The notes: generated by a model from the letters alone, not told the origin. A stretch of 64,000 nucleotides of DNA from an uncultured Bdellovibrionales bacterium (GCA_964605525.1 CAZSCV010000002.1:69888-133887); one strand, 5' to 3'; positions 48,998 to 58,666 are shown, counted from the first letter of the stretch. Program-made: numbers and translations.

Positions 48998-50767
48998 ATG
49001 AAAAAAAACAAAGCAACTATCTTAACTCTCGCGTTAATTTTATTTGTAGCAATATTTTTGCGGACATATCATTTCCATGATTGGCTTTACTTTAAAATGG
49101 ATCAAGCGCGTGATTCTCTGCTCATCAGCCAGGCTATTACTGAAGGAGCGGGAAGTCTTCCTCTTTTGGGACCACGCGCCGGGGCGACGGATGTAGGTGA
49201 GGGTTTTTTGCGCCTGGGACCAGCTTATTACTATTTTCAATATCTTTCCGGAAAAATCTTCCATTCCACAGATCCTGAAATTTTTGCCTATCCGGATTTA
49301 TTTTTTTCTATTGCGGCAATACTACTTATTTTTTTCTTTCTCCGTTTGTACTTTAATAATTTTATCTCTCTTTTGCTTGTCGCCTTGTATTCATTTTCTT
49401 TTATCATAATCCAATATTCGCGCTTTGCTTGGAATCCAAACTCTTTGCAATTTTTTGCTATTTTGACTTTTTTCGGACTTTTGAAATTTTTTCGCGAAAA
49501 AGATAAAAAAAGAAAGAAATGGTGGCTGGCACTTTGGGCAATCGGACTTTTTATCGGCTCCCAATTGCATTTTTTCGGCTTCTTTATGCTTCTTGGCGCA
49601 TCTGGATTATTTATATTATTCAAATTCCAGCCTTGGAAAAAAGAAAGTTTCGCGCAACTCGGAAAAAAAGAATTTATCCAAAAAATTTCTACTTATACTT
49701 TGATAATTTTGGCAGTATTTGCCGTTACATATTCCCCCGTGATTATCAGTGATATTAAAAGGGGAGGGGAAAATACTAGAAATTTTGTTTTGGCACTTTC
49801 TTCAAAACCGGCAAACAAGAAAAAAACTTTCGATGAAAAACTGCAGCGCGGATTTGATGAAAATATGAAAAATTATTGCTTAATTATAACCGCCGATTGT
49901 TATAACGGGAAATACAAGGATTGGGGAATGTCCATTAAGTTTACGATTTTTTTAATCGCATTTGGAATAGTTTTGACCATCTGGAGGATAGCAAAAACGT
50001 CAAATCAAGACCAAAAAGACTTTCTTATGCTTGTCCTGATCTGGCTGGGCGTGTTCTTTGTTTTGACTGTTCCGGTTTCATATCAAATCCGTCCCAGATT
50101 TTTCATACCCGTTTTCTTGATTCCGTATATCTTAATTGGGATATTTTTTCAACTGTTGCAAGAAAAGGCAAAAAAGGGCGGGATCTTGATTATCATCGGT
50201 GCTACGATCCTCCTTTTGAATGTGAATGCCGAGGGGACTCGCGCTTGGTTTGGCGAACAGTCAAAAGCGCAAAATAAAAATATATCGCCCGCAAGAACGC
50301 TTATTTTAAAAACAAAAGATGGAGTGACTCTTGGGCAATTGGAGCGCGCGGCGGATTATATTTATGAAAACAAGAAAAAAGGAGCAAATATTTATTATTA
50401 CATAAAACCGGAGCACATCGCCCCCTTTAAGTATCTTTTCCGCCAAAAAAACGATCCATCCTTTGTTTTTTTACCTTTAAAAATAAACACTGATCCAAAC
50501 GCCCAATATTTTGCCATCATCCCTTCAGATGCAGAAAGCCAGAGCTATATTGAAGGTAAATTCAATAGTGAAATAAAAATATTTTCAGAGAAGCAATTTG
50601 GTCAGTTGAAGGTTATTGAAATTGATGTTCTTAATCGATCAATCTCTCAAGATTTCAGGTTTAATCAGGAAAGCGGATTATCGGACAGAATTTTTTGGTC
50701 GGATATTTTTGGCAAGAAAATAAATCGGGATATATTGCAAGAAGAGGGGATTAATTCAATCGAATAG
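48998..50767 (+). CDS. GT-C glycosyltransferase (GT39-like), subfamily 2
   Basis: DQARD, LPLLGPRA, SRFAWNPN, QLH. Confidence 0.85.
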   Translation: MKKNKATILTLALILFVAIFLRTYHFHDWLYFKMDQARDSLLISQAITEGAGSLPLLGPRAGATDVGEGFLRLGPAYYYFQYLSGKIFHSTDPEIFAYPDLFFSIAAILLIFFFLRLYFNNFISLLLVALYSFSFIIIQYSRFAWNPNSLQFFAILTFFGLLKFFREKDKKRKKWWLALWAIGLFIGSQLHFFGFFMLLGASGLFILFKFQPWKKESFAQLGKKEFIQKISTYTLIILAVFAVTYSPVIISDIKRGGENTRNFVLALSSKPANKKKTFDEKLQRGFDENMKNYCLIITADCYNGKYKDWGMSIKFTIFLIAFGIVLTIWRIAKTSNQDQKDFLMLVLIWLGVFFVLTVPVSYQIRPRFFIPVFLIPYILIGIFFQLLQEKAKKGGILIIIGATILLLNVNAEGTRAWFGEQSKAQNKNISPARTLILKTKDGVTLGQLERAADYIYENKKKGANIYYYIKPEHIAPFKYLFRQKNDPSFVFLPLKINTDPNAQYFAIIPSDAESQSYIEGKFNSEIKIFSEKQFGQLKVIEIDVLNRSISQDFRFNQESGLSDRIFWSDIFGKKINRDILQEEGINSIE

Positions 50768-50772
50768 AAAAT

Positions 50773-52479
50773 ATGCTTAATTTAAAAAACGGAATAAATT
50801 GGAAGATTGCGTTGTTCTGGGCGGTAATATTACTGGCGATTTTTTTGCGCGTTTACAATTTTAACGATTGGCTTTTGGCAAAAGGCGACCAAGTGCGCGA
50901 CGGGATAAAAATTTCACGGGCTTTTGAGGGAGGTGTGGGAGATTTGCCACTTTTGGGACCGCGCGCCGGAGGAACAAAACTGCATCTGGGACCGGCTTAT
51001 TACTATCTTCTTTATGGCTCTAGTATTATTTCCGGTAATGTTTCATTGCCGACTACGGCATATCCGAATTTAATTTTCTCGCTCCTTTCAATTTGGATTT
51101 TTTATTTTTTCTCCAAAGAATATTTCAATAAAGACCAGGCGATGGTTTTAACAGGAATATTCTCCCTTTCATATCTTGCCATTGAACATGCCAGATTTCC
51201 CTGGAATCCGAATTCAACAATCTTTTTTTCACTGCTTTTTGCTTTTGCTCTGCTGAAAGTATTCAAATCCGGAAAAGAAAAAAATATTTGGTGGGCGGCG
51301 CTGGCCGGTTTTGCTTATGCTATTGGATCACAGTTGCATTTCACTTTTTTTGTGGCTTTTCCGATAATCACCGTCATCTTTCTGACCTTTAACTACAAAA
51401 GAATTTCTCGTTCCATATCCTGGAAACAAGCCGGATTGTTTTTTTTGGTTATAATATTTTTTTATATCCCGGTAATCGTGAGTGATGTTTTAAATAATGG
51501 AGAAAATCTTCGATTGTTTTTTTCTTCAATCAGTTCGAAGTCATCAGATCATTCATTTTTCAAGAATTTGCAAAAAGATTTTTATTATTTCGGGAAATAT
51601 ATCTTCAGAATAATAACCGGATATTTCGGGCCAAATAAAGTGCTTCATTATGCGGGAAGTTTTCTGGCAGTATTGGGATTGGGAGTCTTGGTCGCATTGC
51701 TAAAAAAAGAATCGGATGAAAATAAAATGAGCTTTCTTCTGCTTAACTTGATCTTATTTTTCACTTTTTTCCTTGTGTATATTCCGCTGGCATATTCAAT
51801 CGACAAACCTCGCTTTTATCTGCCAATTTTCTTTGTTCCTATTGTTTTTCTGGGCTTGATTGCCGGAATAATTGTTAAAAAAACACGAGGCAATATTATT
51901 GCAAAAATCTCTCTTTTACTTTTGGCAGTTGCCCTTATTTCCAGTAATATTTTTTTTGTGTCCGCTTGGTTTAGCGAGCTTGGAAAATCAACGCGCAAAA
52001 GCGTTAATCCGAAAGATACCCTCATCCTGAAAACAAAAAAAGACAGCGCTTGGATACTCTGGGAGCAACTTACGTCTTCTGCGAATAAAATAAAAAGAGA
52101 TTGCCCGCAAAAAAATATCTATCTCTCTTTTTCCAAAAAAGTTGCCGAATTTGAAGATACTCTTGATTATGCGCTTACTTATAATGATAAGAATTTGAAA
52201 TTACACTTATTTAAGCTTGGTAGCAACGCTCCTTTTGATTCCAGTGCTTGTTATTATTATATTTTTCGAAACGGGGATGAGGCACCGAAAGATTTGAATG
52301 CGTATTTTAATCAAAAAGAAGACTTTTCTATGGGAAGTTTGGGGATATTAAAAATTGAAATAAAAAATACAACCGTTAAAGATGACTTGTCGGAGAAATC
52401 AGGAAGCACTGCGGCATCTGAAATAGAAGATATTGCCGGTCAAAATGAATATTGGAAAGATGTTTTCCGTAAAAAGTAA
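50773..52479 (+). CDS. GT-C glycosyltransferase (GT39-like), subfamily 2
   Basis: DQVRD, LPLLGPRA, RFPWNPN, QLH. Confidence 0.85.
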   Translation: MLNLKNGINWKIALFWAVILLAIFLRVYNFNDWLLAKGDQVRDGIKISRAFEGGVGDLPLLGPRAGGTKLHLGPAYYYLLYGSSIISGNVSLPTTAYPNLIFSLLSIWIFYFFSKEYFNKDQAMVLTGIFSLSYLAIEHARFPWNPNSTIFFSLLFAFALLKVFKSGKEKNIWWAALAGFAYAIGSQLHFTFFVAFPIITVIFLTFNYKRISRSISWKQAGLFFLVIIFFYIPVIVSDVLNNGENLRLFFSSISSKSSDHSFFKNLQKDFYYFGKYIFRIITGYFGPNKVLHYAGSFLAVLGLGVLVALLKKESDENKMSFLLLNLILFFTFFLVYIPLAYSIDKPRFYLPIFFVPIVFLGLIAGIIVKKTRGNIIAKISLLLLAVALISSNIFFVSAWFSELGKSTRKSVNPKDTLILKTKKDSAWILWEQLTSSANKIKRDCPQKNIYLSFSKKVAEFEDTLDYALTYNDKNLKLHLFKLGSNAPFDSSACYYYIFRNGDEAPKDLNAYFNQKEDFSMGSLGILKIEIKNTTVKDDLSEKSGSTAASEIEDIAGQNEYWKDVFRKK

Positions 52480-52484
52480 TCCGT

Positions 52485-53966
52485 TTATTTTTTTCCAGCA
52501 AGCATTTTTCCAAAGAAGACAAGGTCTTCTTTTTTTATTTCCCCAATAAAATATAAAATTCCGGCGTAAATAGCAAATAAAATCACCGACCACACAATAA
52601 AAATATATTGCCCTTGGGAGAAAAATCCGGCAATAAAATACATAATGATTCCTGCTGAAATTATTTTTAAGTAATTCTTCATTTTCAAAGTAATCCCGAA
52701 ATCGCGATGAATAAAGTAGAGCGCGATTAGCATGACAATAAATGAACTGACGGATGTCGCAATCGCACTTCCAATCAGAGCATATTTTTTTATGAGAATA
52801 TAATTAAGAATGGTGTTGACAATCAATCCAAAAATGGAAATAAACATTGGTTGCTTTGTTTTCCCGGCTCCATTACTCACAAAACTCATCACATAAAATA
52901 TCGTCAGAAATCCCACTCCGACAGCAAGAATTGCCATTGGGACGCTAGCCTCGATATATTGCGAACTGTAAAATATCTTGATTATCGGGCGGGCAAAAAC
53001 TGACATCAAAACCACGCTTGGAACTAAAAGTATTGTCATAATTCGGAGTGATTGGCTGATTATTTTATTGGTTTCACTGTGATTATTTTGCGCGGTGGAA
53101 TTGGAAATTTTCGGAAGGAGGATTATTGTAAGAGCGTAAAAAATATAGTAGGGGATACGTCCAACCGTAAGGGCGGCATTATATATTCCAGTTTGGTAGT
53201 CGCTATGTAAAATTCCTTTAACAAGATAGAGATCGATACTGATAAGAAGCTCGTATGCCAGAAAAAATAGGATTATTTGCCAAGCGTAATTTGTGAGTTT
53301 TTGCCATGGAAATGAAGCGGTTTCAAGTTTTTGAGCGGTAATTTGAGCGCGAATTTTTTTTGTAACGCTGAATTTGTCGATCAGCCACGCAATCAAGAAA
53401 ACTGATGCCGGAGCAACAATATATCCAATAATTGATCCTTTGAGATGGAAAAAATATGCCAGCGAAACGATAGCGATAACTTTTACTGCAGAACGGGAAA
53501 CTTTGAGAATCGACTGTAAATTGAAAAGATGCAGTCCTGTGTAATATGAAAAATAAAAAGAAGCCGCCGCAAATGCCGGAATAATCAAGGTTGAGATGCG
53601 GAAGAGGTGAGTAAGCGTTGGATCACCCAATATTCTCGCAATTAATGGCGAAAGGAGGTAAAACAGCAAGGTTATGCTTCCAATGACAATGCTTTGCAAA
53701 AAAATTGCCCGCCGTTTGATTGCCAAAACCATTGCCGGATTGGAGTCAAAGATTTCGCTGATATATTTTGCCATCGCGGTAGGAATTCCGTTTCCAATCA
53801 AGATAATTACCATTGTGGTAAGCGTAATGACCAATCCGTAGCGTCCGTAATCCGCCGGACCCAATATCCTCCCGACAACACTATGGATAATATAGCCGGA
53901 TAGATTGAAAATGATTTCTGAAATTACAACCCAAAGTGCTGATTTTGCAATATGTTGTTTTGACAT
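52485..53966 (-). CDS. Oligosaccharide flippase (Wzx/MOP superfamily)
   Basis: RILGPADYG, GIP..MAKYIS, GIYNAA, LLPKIS, IGSAIATS; about 14 TM. Confidence 0.9.
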   Translation of the reverse strand: MSKQHIAKSALWVVISEIIFNLSGYIIHSVVGRILGPADYGRYGLVITLTTMVIILIGNGIPTAMAKYISEIFDSNPAMVLAIKRRAIFLQSIVIGSITLLFYLLSPLIARILGDPTLTHLFRISTLIIPAFAAASFYFSYYTGLHLFNLQSILKVSRSAVKVIAIVSLAYFFHLKGSIIGYIVAPASVFLIAWLIDKFSVTKKIRAQITAQKLETASFPWQKLTNYAWQIILFFLAYELLISIDLYLVKGILHSDYQTGIYNAALTVGRIPYYIFYALTIILLPKISNSTAQNNHSETNKIISQSLRIMTILLVPSVVLMSVFARPIIKIFYSSQYIEASVPMAILAVGVGFLTIFYVMSFVSNGAGKTKQPMFISIFGLIVNTILNYILIKKYALIGSAIATSVSSFIVMLIALYFIHRDFGITLKMKNYLKIISAGIIMYFIAGFFSQGQYIFIVWSVILFAIYAGILYFIGEIKKEDLVFFGKMLAGKK

Positions 53967-54052
53967 TTTTTTAATATTATTTTAATATGAAATACTGTGG
54001 TTATTTAAATTAGCAGTTCTTTTTATCAAAATCATTAGGAGGGGGAGGAGAG

Positions 54053-54346
54053 ATGATAGAAGTGTTGGGAATAGAGGGTGTAGAGATGTTATTATTGTTG
54101 ATGTCCTTGTTGATAGTTTGCTTTTTTATGGAGAGAATTCTGCAACAGATGTTTTTTCCAATGATTGCCCTTTCCAGTATTCCGCTTGTCTGCGACACTA
54201 TCATCCCGGTGTATTGTTTCCTTGATAAGTTCAATGGACTTAATAAGGAAATGGCAACGATGTTAGGATGGGCGATTGCGTTCGTGGCAATATTTTGGAT
54301 TTCTCTTTTAATGTCGTTTCTGGTTTTTAAAAGAAATATCCAATAG
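54053..54346 (+). CDS. Small SD-led membrane protein inserted antisense between flippase and kinase genes
   Basis: AGGAGGGGGAGGAG SD; own terminator CAGACCGTTTCCT/GGGAACGGTCTG+T at 54368-54408. Confidence 0.6.
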   Translation: MIEVLGIEGVEMLLLLMSLLIVCFFMERILQQMFFPMIALSSIPLVCDTIIPVYCFLDKFNGLNKEMATMLGWAIAFVAIFWISLLMSFLVFKRNIQ

Positions 54347-54406
54347 AGAACAATCCTTAATCGACAGCAGACCGTTTCCTTGTAATTCAGGGAACGGTCT
54401 GTTTTT

Positions 54407-55039
54407 TTATTTCTCCATTTTTATTATATCTTTAATTTCTTCAAAAATCACATTCTGATCCCTGTTTCCGTCAATTGTTTTTAGATCCCAAATTTTTACC
54501 GCCGCGTCATACAAAGATCTTTTTTCTTTGAGATATTCCACTCCTTGGTCAGGCTTGCGCTGGCGATTCATGATAATCTTTGGATCAACTGCAAGATAAA
54601 TCCCAAGAAATGGCTGCTCGATTTTATAATTTTTCAAATTTTCTGCATCGAAATTTTTCAAAAGATATTGGATGTTAATCGCACTATCATAAAAAAACCG
54701 GTCGCTGAGAATATAATTAAAATCTCGGCTTTCCAATTCGCGCTTTAATTTTTCAAATCTTAATTGATCGATTTTTAGCGCCAACTTGCGAAGCTGGATT
54801 TGTATTAGATTGGCTTTCGTGACACTTTTTTTCATATTCGGTTGAATTTGGCACAAGCCTTTGATTTTGCAAATCAAGCAATATTTTTTCTTTAATTCCG
54901 CCAATTTGGTGGCGATGCCGAATTCGATGGCATGGAAATAAAAAACCCGCTTGCCTTGCGACTGGAGATAAGTTTTGAGCATTTGGATCTGGGTGGATTT
55001 GCCCGACCCGTCCAACCCAGAAATGGTGATTATTTTCAT
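54407..55039 (-). CDS. tmk: Thymidylate-kinase-like P-loop kinase
   Basis: ITISGLDGSGKSTQ, LSDRFFYDS, IDGN; divergent. Confidence 0.7.
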   Translation of the reverse strand: MKIITISGLDGSGKSTQIQMLKTYLQSQGKRVFYFHAIEFGIATKLAELKKKYCLICKIKGLCQIQPNMKKSVTKANLIQIQLRKLALKIDQLRFEKLKRELESRDFNYILSDRFFYDSAINIQYLLKNFDAENLKNYKIEQPFLGIYLAVDPKIIMNRQRKPDQGVEYLKEKRSLYDAAVKIWDLKTIDGNRDQNVIFEEIKDIIKMEK

Positions 55040-55130
55040 ATTTTAGTAAATTTATGGTAAAATGTATTCATAAGGCAGTATGATTACATCAAAATCATAC
55101 CACAAACCTTAATTTGAGCCAAATTATAGG

Positions 55131-55155
55131 CAGGTACGGATAAAACTAGTTCGGG
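55131..55155 (+). other. Candidate attI site
   Basis: CGGATAAAACTA-GTT precedes the first cassette and has no upstream attC arm; resembles the TAAAAC..GTT end of attI1. Confidence 0.55.
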
Positions 55156-55347
55156 GAAATCGCTCGCTCGGACTAAGGTCCTCGCTCGCTCTGATTTCCC
55201 CGAACGGGCGCGGCTTACAGCCTCGTTCTCCGATGCCGCTCGCAGTCCTGCGGCCTTGCTCTGCGACATCTCCGAACTCGGCTTATGCGAAATGCCTGTC
55301 GAAAAATTTCATTTTTCTCCAGACACATCGCATAAGCCGCGCCCGTT
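55149..55347 (+). repeat. ORF-less cassette with type A attC, copy 1 (196-bp unit)
   Basis: GTTCGGGGAAATC...GATTTCCCCGAAC body, then AACGGGCGCGGCTTA...TAAGCCGCGCCCGTT. Confidence 0.9.
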
Positions 55348-55424
55348 ATCGGAAATGAATTCATTTTTGTCCCTTTAAAATATAATAAAAAATTAGAATT
55401 GGGCTAATATACGGAGGGAGGATT

Positions 55425-55538
55425 ATGAAAAAGAAGGAAGAAGAATTTCCAGGTGTTAATTTCATGAATCGTTTTTGGGTGGCAATACTTGTCATATGTA
55501 TAATGTACATTATATTTTTCGTTGAATTTCCAAAGTAA
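55425..55538 (+). CDS. 37-aa membrane peptide, cassette cargo (not in ORF track)
   Basis: GGAGGGAGG SD; MKKKEEEFPGVNFMNRFWVAILVICIMYIIFFVEFPK*; TATAAT at 55381; hairpin GCGTGAACG/CGTTCACGC downstream. Confidence 0.65.
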   Translation: MKKKEEEFPGVNFMNRFWVAILVICIMYIIFFVEFPK

Positions 55539-55657
55539 CACCCTCACTATTCTAAGGCGGAAACATCTGCCGTGATAAAGCGTGAACGAACAGCCCACGT
55601 TCACGCCCAATTCTAATTTTTTATAACCAAAAGGAAGGACAAAAATAAATTTACATC

Positions 55658-55855
55658 CGACAACAAAGAATATCTGGTTCAAAAAATTTGCCGCAGTTAA
55701 AACTAAAAGGAGGGCAAATTTTTCTCTCCCAAATCCCGCACTTTTCCGTTTTGCTGCAATTTAGAGTATAATTAAACTAATAAAGAAGTAAGGATATTAA
55801 AGTTTTGTGCCTATAAACCAAAGTGCAGGACTTCAGATATTCTTAAACGTTGGAC
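55658..55855 (+). repeat. Type B attC-like site B1
   Basis: AAC-A-AAGAATATCTG...CAGATATTCTT-AAAC-GTT. Confidence 0.85.
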
Positions 55856-55900
55856 GAAATTATAAATTGACCCTTTATTTGGTATTGTAATACGGATCGC

Positions 55901-56392
55901 ATGAATACATTTTTTTATCTACTATTGATATACATCATCTTTTGTAAAGTTTGGCCATATTTTTTTTATCCAAATTATTTGAAGAAATCAAAAATTGAAA
56001 ACTATCCTGAATTAAAAGAATTATCTTCAAAACTAACAGGAAATAGTAAGCTTCAAACTGTTGAAAATGTGTATGAATATATGCGACAAACTTATTCCGG
56101 CAATGACGACGTTTTGAAGATAGAAAATTTATTGAGCGTTTTCAATTTTGGTGATTTCTCAACTAAGGGCATCTTGGATAAAAAAATATTTCTATGGTGT
56201 CATGGACAAAATCGATTACTCAAGTCTGTTCTGATTAATACTGGTTTGTTTAAAGATGATGATATAACTATTCAAAAAAGATTATTTACATCGTTTTTTA
56301 TTCATCAATGGTTGGTGATAAATATTGACGATAAAAAAATAAAGGTAGATCCATATTACAATATTTTTAATAAGGAACTGGTCAATTTATAA
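55901..56392 (+). CDS. Cassette cargo: membrane-anchored transglutaminase/papain-like protein
   Basis: N-terminal TM; C(HGQN)...H(QW)...D(P) spacing suggests a Cys-His-Asp triad; stop abuts the attC. Confidence 0.65.
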   Translation: MNTFFYLLLIYIIFCKVWPYFFYPNYLKKSKIENYPELKELSSKLTGNSKLQTVENVYEYMRQTYSGNDDVLKIENLLSVFNFGDFSTKGILDKKIFLWCHGQNRLLKSVLINTGLFKDDDITIQKRLFTSFFIHQWLVINIDDKKIKVDPYYNIFNKELVNL

Positions 56393-56396
56393 CATC

Positions 56397-56522
56397 GTCC
56401 AACACCAAATATCTGGTTCCAAAATTTTTCACTTTATAATATAATAAGGTAAGAAAAATTTTCTCTCCCAAATTTGCTTTCGTTACACTCCAGCAAACTT
56501 CAGATATTTGGATACGTTCGGG
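56397..56522 (+). repeat. Type B attC-like site B2 (minimal form)
   Basis: AAC-A-CCAAATATCTG...CAGATATTTGG-ATAC-GTT. Confidence 0.88.
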
Positions 56523-56714
56523 GAAATCGCTCGCTCGGACTAAGGTCCTCGCTCGCTCTGATTTCCCCGAACGGGCGCGGCTTACAGCCTCGTTCTCCGA
56601 TGCCGCTCGCAGTCCTGCGGCCTTGCTCTGCGACATCTCCGAACTCGGCTTATGCGAAATGCCTGTCGAAAAATTTCATTTTTCTCCAGACACATCGCAT
56701 AAGCCGCGCCCGTT
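56516..56714 (+). repeat. ORF-less cassette with type A attC, copy 2
   Basis: Identical by eye to 55149-55347. Confidence 0.9.
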
Positions 56715-56752
56715 AGACGAAATGCCATGAAGAAATTAAGGGATGGCACATC

Positions 56753-57433
56753 GTCCAACACTGTATATCTGGTTTCGCAAAAGAGAAAATCTGCATAATT
56801 CTTTTCTTTTAAAATCAGCTTTTTTGTATTTTTTTGCCAAAAGAAAACCCCAGGGAAGTGTTATCCTGGGGTTCGCGTGTGTGGCAACGATTTGCCCTTT
56901 ACTTCTGCGGTGACGGCTCTATTTCACGCATTGTCCATTCATCGTCGTAGCGTATGGTGTGTTTTTTTCCGATTTCAAACACCATTCCCAGGATTATTCC
57001 CCGGAAGGTTACGACTCGGCCGTCCTTGAAAGTTACGACCGTCATGTTTGGCGCTCCGAGAATGGATTCCCTGGGGATGATCTGAACATTGGAAATAACC
57101 CCTGAGACTTCATGGAGATTTGCCGCCTCCACGACAACCACACTTGCTGTTGCAATGATGAGGGTCAGCACGAGAGTTAAAAGAACGATAAGCTTTTTCA
57201 TGTCATTTCTCCTTTTCCGTTGATGTTGGTGAACTTCTGTATGACTCTATATGCTAGCACAAGATGATGGTCTTGTCAACTCCAATTTGGCAAAAAAATA
57301 CAAAAAAGTTTTAAAATAAGGTAAATTATACAGATTTTCTCTTTTGCTTCACCCAAATTTTTGCTTCTTTTATCTATTTGGAATAATATTAAGGAAGCGA
57401 GGCAAAAACTTCAGATACACAGATACGTTCGGG
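56753..57433 (+). repeat. Expanded type B attC-like site B3 enclosing a gene
   Basis: AAC-A-CTGTATATCTG (56757)...CAGATACACAG-ATAC-GTT (57427); inner inverted repeats 56777-56841/57286-57347. Confidence 0.8.
56899..57201 (-). CDS. Secreted small beta-rich hypothetical protein nested in attC B3
   Basis: Signal peptide; AAGGAG SD; TTGACA-17-TAGCAT promoter (57279-57251); terminator AACCCCAGG/CCTGGGGTT at 56846-56873. Confidence 0.8.
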   Translation of the reverse strand: MKKLIVLLTLVLTLIIATASVVVVEAANLHEVSGVISNVQIIPRESILGAPNMTVVTFKDGRVVTFRGIILGMVFEIGKKHTIRYDDEWTMREIEPSPQK

Positions 57434-57603
57434 GAAATCGCTCGCTCTGATTTCCCCGAACGGGCGCGGCTTACAGCCTCGTTCTCCGATGCCGCTCGCA
57501 GTCCTGCGGCCTTGCTCTGCGACATCTCCGAACTCGGCTTATGCGAAATGCCTGTCGAAAAATTTCATTTTTCTCCAGACACATCGCATAAGCCGCGCCC
57601 GTT
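57427..57603 (+). repeat. ORF-less cassette with type A attC, copy 3 (22-bp deletion)
   Basis: Same as copies 1 and 2 minus GGACTAAGGTCCTCGCTCGCTC, lost between TCGCTCGCTC repeats. Confidence 0.9.
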
Positions 57604-57700
57604 GTACGAAATAGCCAGAAATTTCTTTTTATTTTTTAGATCTTTTGGCAAATAATTTTATAAATCATTAATTAATTAATTAATTAATTTAAATAATAAT

Positions 57701-58003
57701 ATGTTTGGAGAGCCAAAATTTGAAATGAAACAACCGAATGAATTTAGGGATTTGGTTGAGGACTTAGTTAAAAATAGCGAAACTCTAAAAGACAGGGTTA
57801 TCTCAATCGGTGGAATTGAAGAAAAAATAAATATTCTTGATGCGATTGAGGGCAAGGGATTGACTGATTATGCAGATGGCGCAGACGACAAAACATTAGA
57901 TGCTATTCATTGTCTTATGGCTATATATGACGAGCTAAAGAAAGATGAGCCGGATGATGATTTTATTGAAGAAACAGTCGAACGTTTAAAAGAATATTTA
58001 TAA
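57701..58003 (+). CDS. Acidic hypothetical protein, cassette cargo
   Basis: 100-aa ORF flanked by about 65-bp inverted repeats (57601-57665/57996-58059). Confidence 0.75.
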   Translation: MFGEPKFEMKQPNEFRDLVEDLVKNSETLKDRVISIGGIEEKINILDAIEGKGLTDYADGADDKTLDAIHCLMAIYDELKKDEPDDDFIEETVERLKEYL

Positions 58004-58052
58004 AATTATTTGCCAAAATATTAATAAGGAGGAAAAAATTTCTAGCTACATC

Positions 58053-58178
58053 GCACAACACCAAATATCTGGTTCCAAAATTTTTCACTTTATAATAAAA
58101 TAAGGAAAGAAAAATTTCCTCTCCCAAATTTGCTTTCGTTACACTCCAGCAAACTTCAGATATTTGGATACGTTAGCT
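58053..58178 (+). repeat. Type B attC-like site B4 (near-identical to B2)
   Basis: AAC-A-CCAAATATCTG...CAGATATTTGG-ATAC-GTT. Confidence 0.88.
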
Positions 58179-58348
58179 GAAATATTTTTTCATCTTTGGT
58201 GGTAATTTGTGGATTTGTGATTTAAACAAGGATAGAAAATTTGATTTTTAATTTATTTACAGAGGGGAATAAGAATGTCCCTTAATAGTTCAAAAATAAA
58301 AAACGCCCGTGGTGCTCATTGAGTCCACTGACGGCGAGATTTTCCAAA

Positions 58349-58666
58349 TTAATATCTTGGAGAAAGAGGTGATGGTTCGGGATCAAGCTGGCAACATGAA
58401 CGGTCAATCCGACCAGTTTTGCCACCATAGTATATTTCAGTACACGCTTGAATCTTATCATCTTTGGGGGATTTTATTGTGACTTTTCTGACCAATCTCC
58501 TCCCGTTTCCTTGCCATGCTCCAAATGTTGTTTGCGGAGCTCCGTGGGTCGTAAACTCCCTCATTTCCAGCATTTCAATATTATTTCCAGCACCACTGCT
58601 AATAGGCACGGAAATGATGAGGAATAAAAAAATAATAGAAAGAACTTTTGGTGTTTGCATAGTCAT
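58349..58666 (-). CDS. Secreted hypothetical protein, reverse-oriented cassette cargo
   Basis: GGAG SD before ATG 58666; signal peptide; TTGCTA-17-TAGTAT promoter; hairpin terminator about 58300-58337. Confidence 0.7.
   Translation of the reverse strand: MTMQTPKVLSIIFLFLIISVPISSGAGNNIEMLEMREFTTHGAPQTTFGAWQGNGRRLVRKVTIKSPKDDKIQACTEIYYGGKTGRIDRSCCQLDPEPSPLSPRY

Noticed and set aside
55084-57655. Track ORFs MSQSKAAGLRAASE... (55084, 56382), 56474 and 57344
   Set aside because: They are translations of the GC-rich type A repeat; ends differ between copies and there is no RBS.
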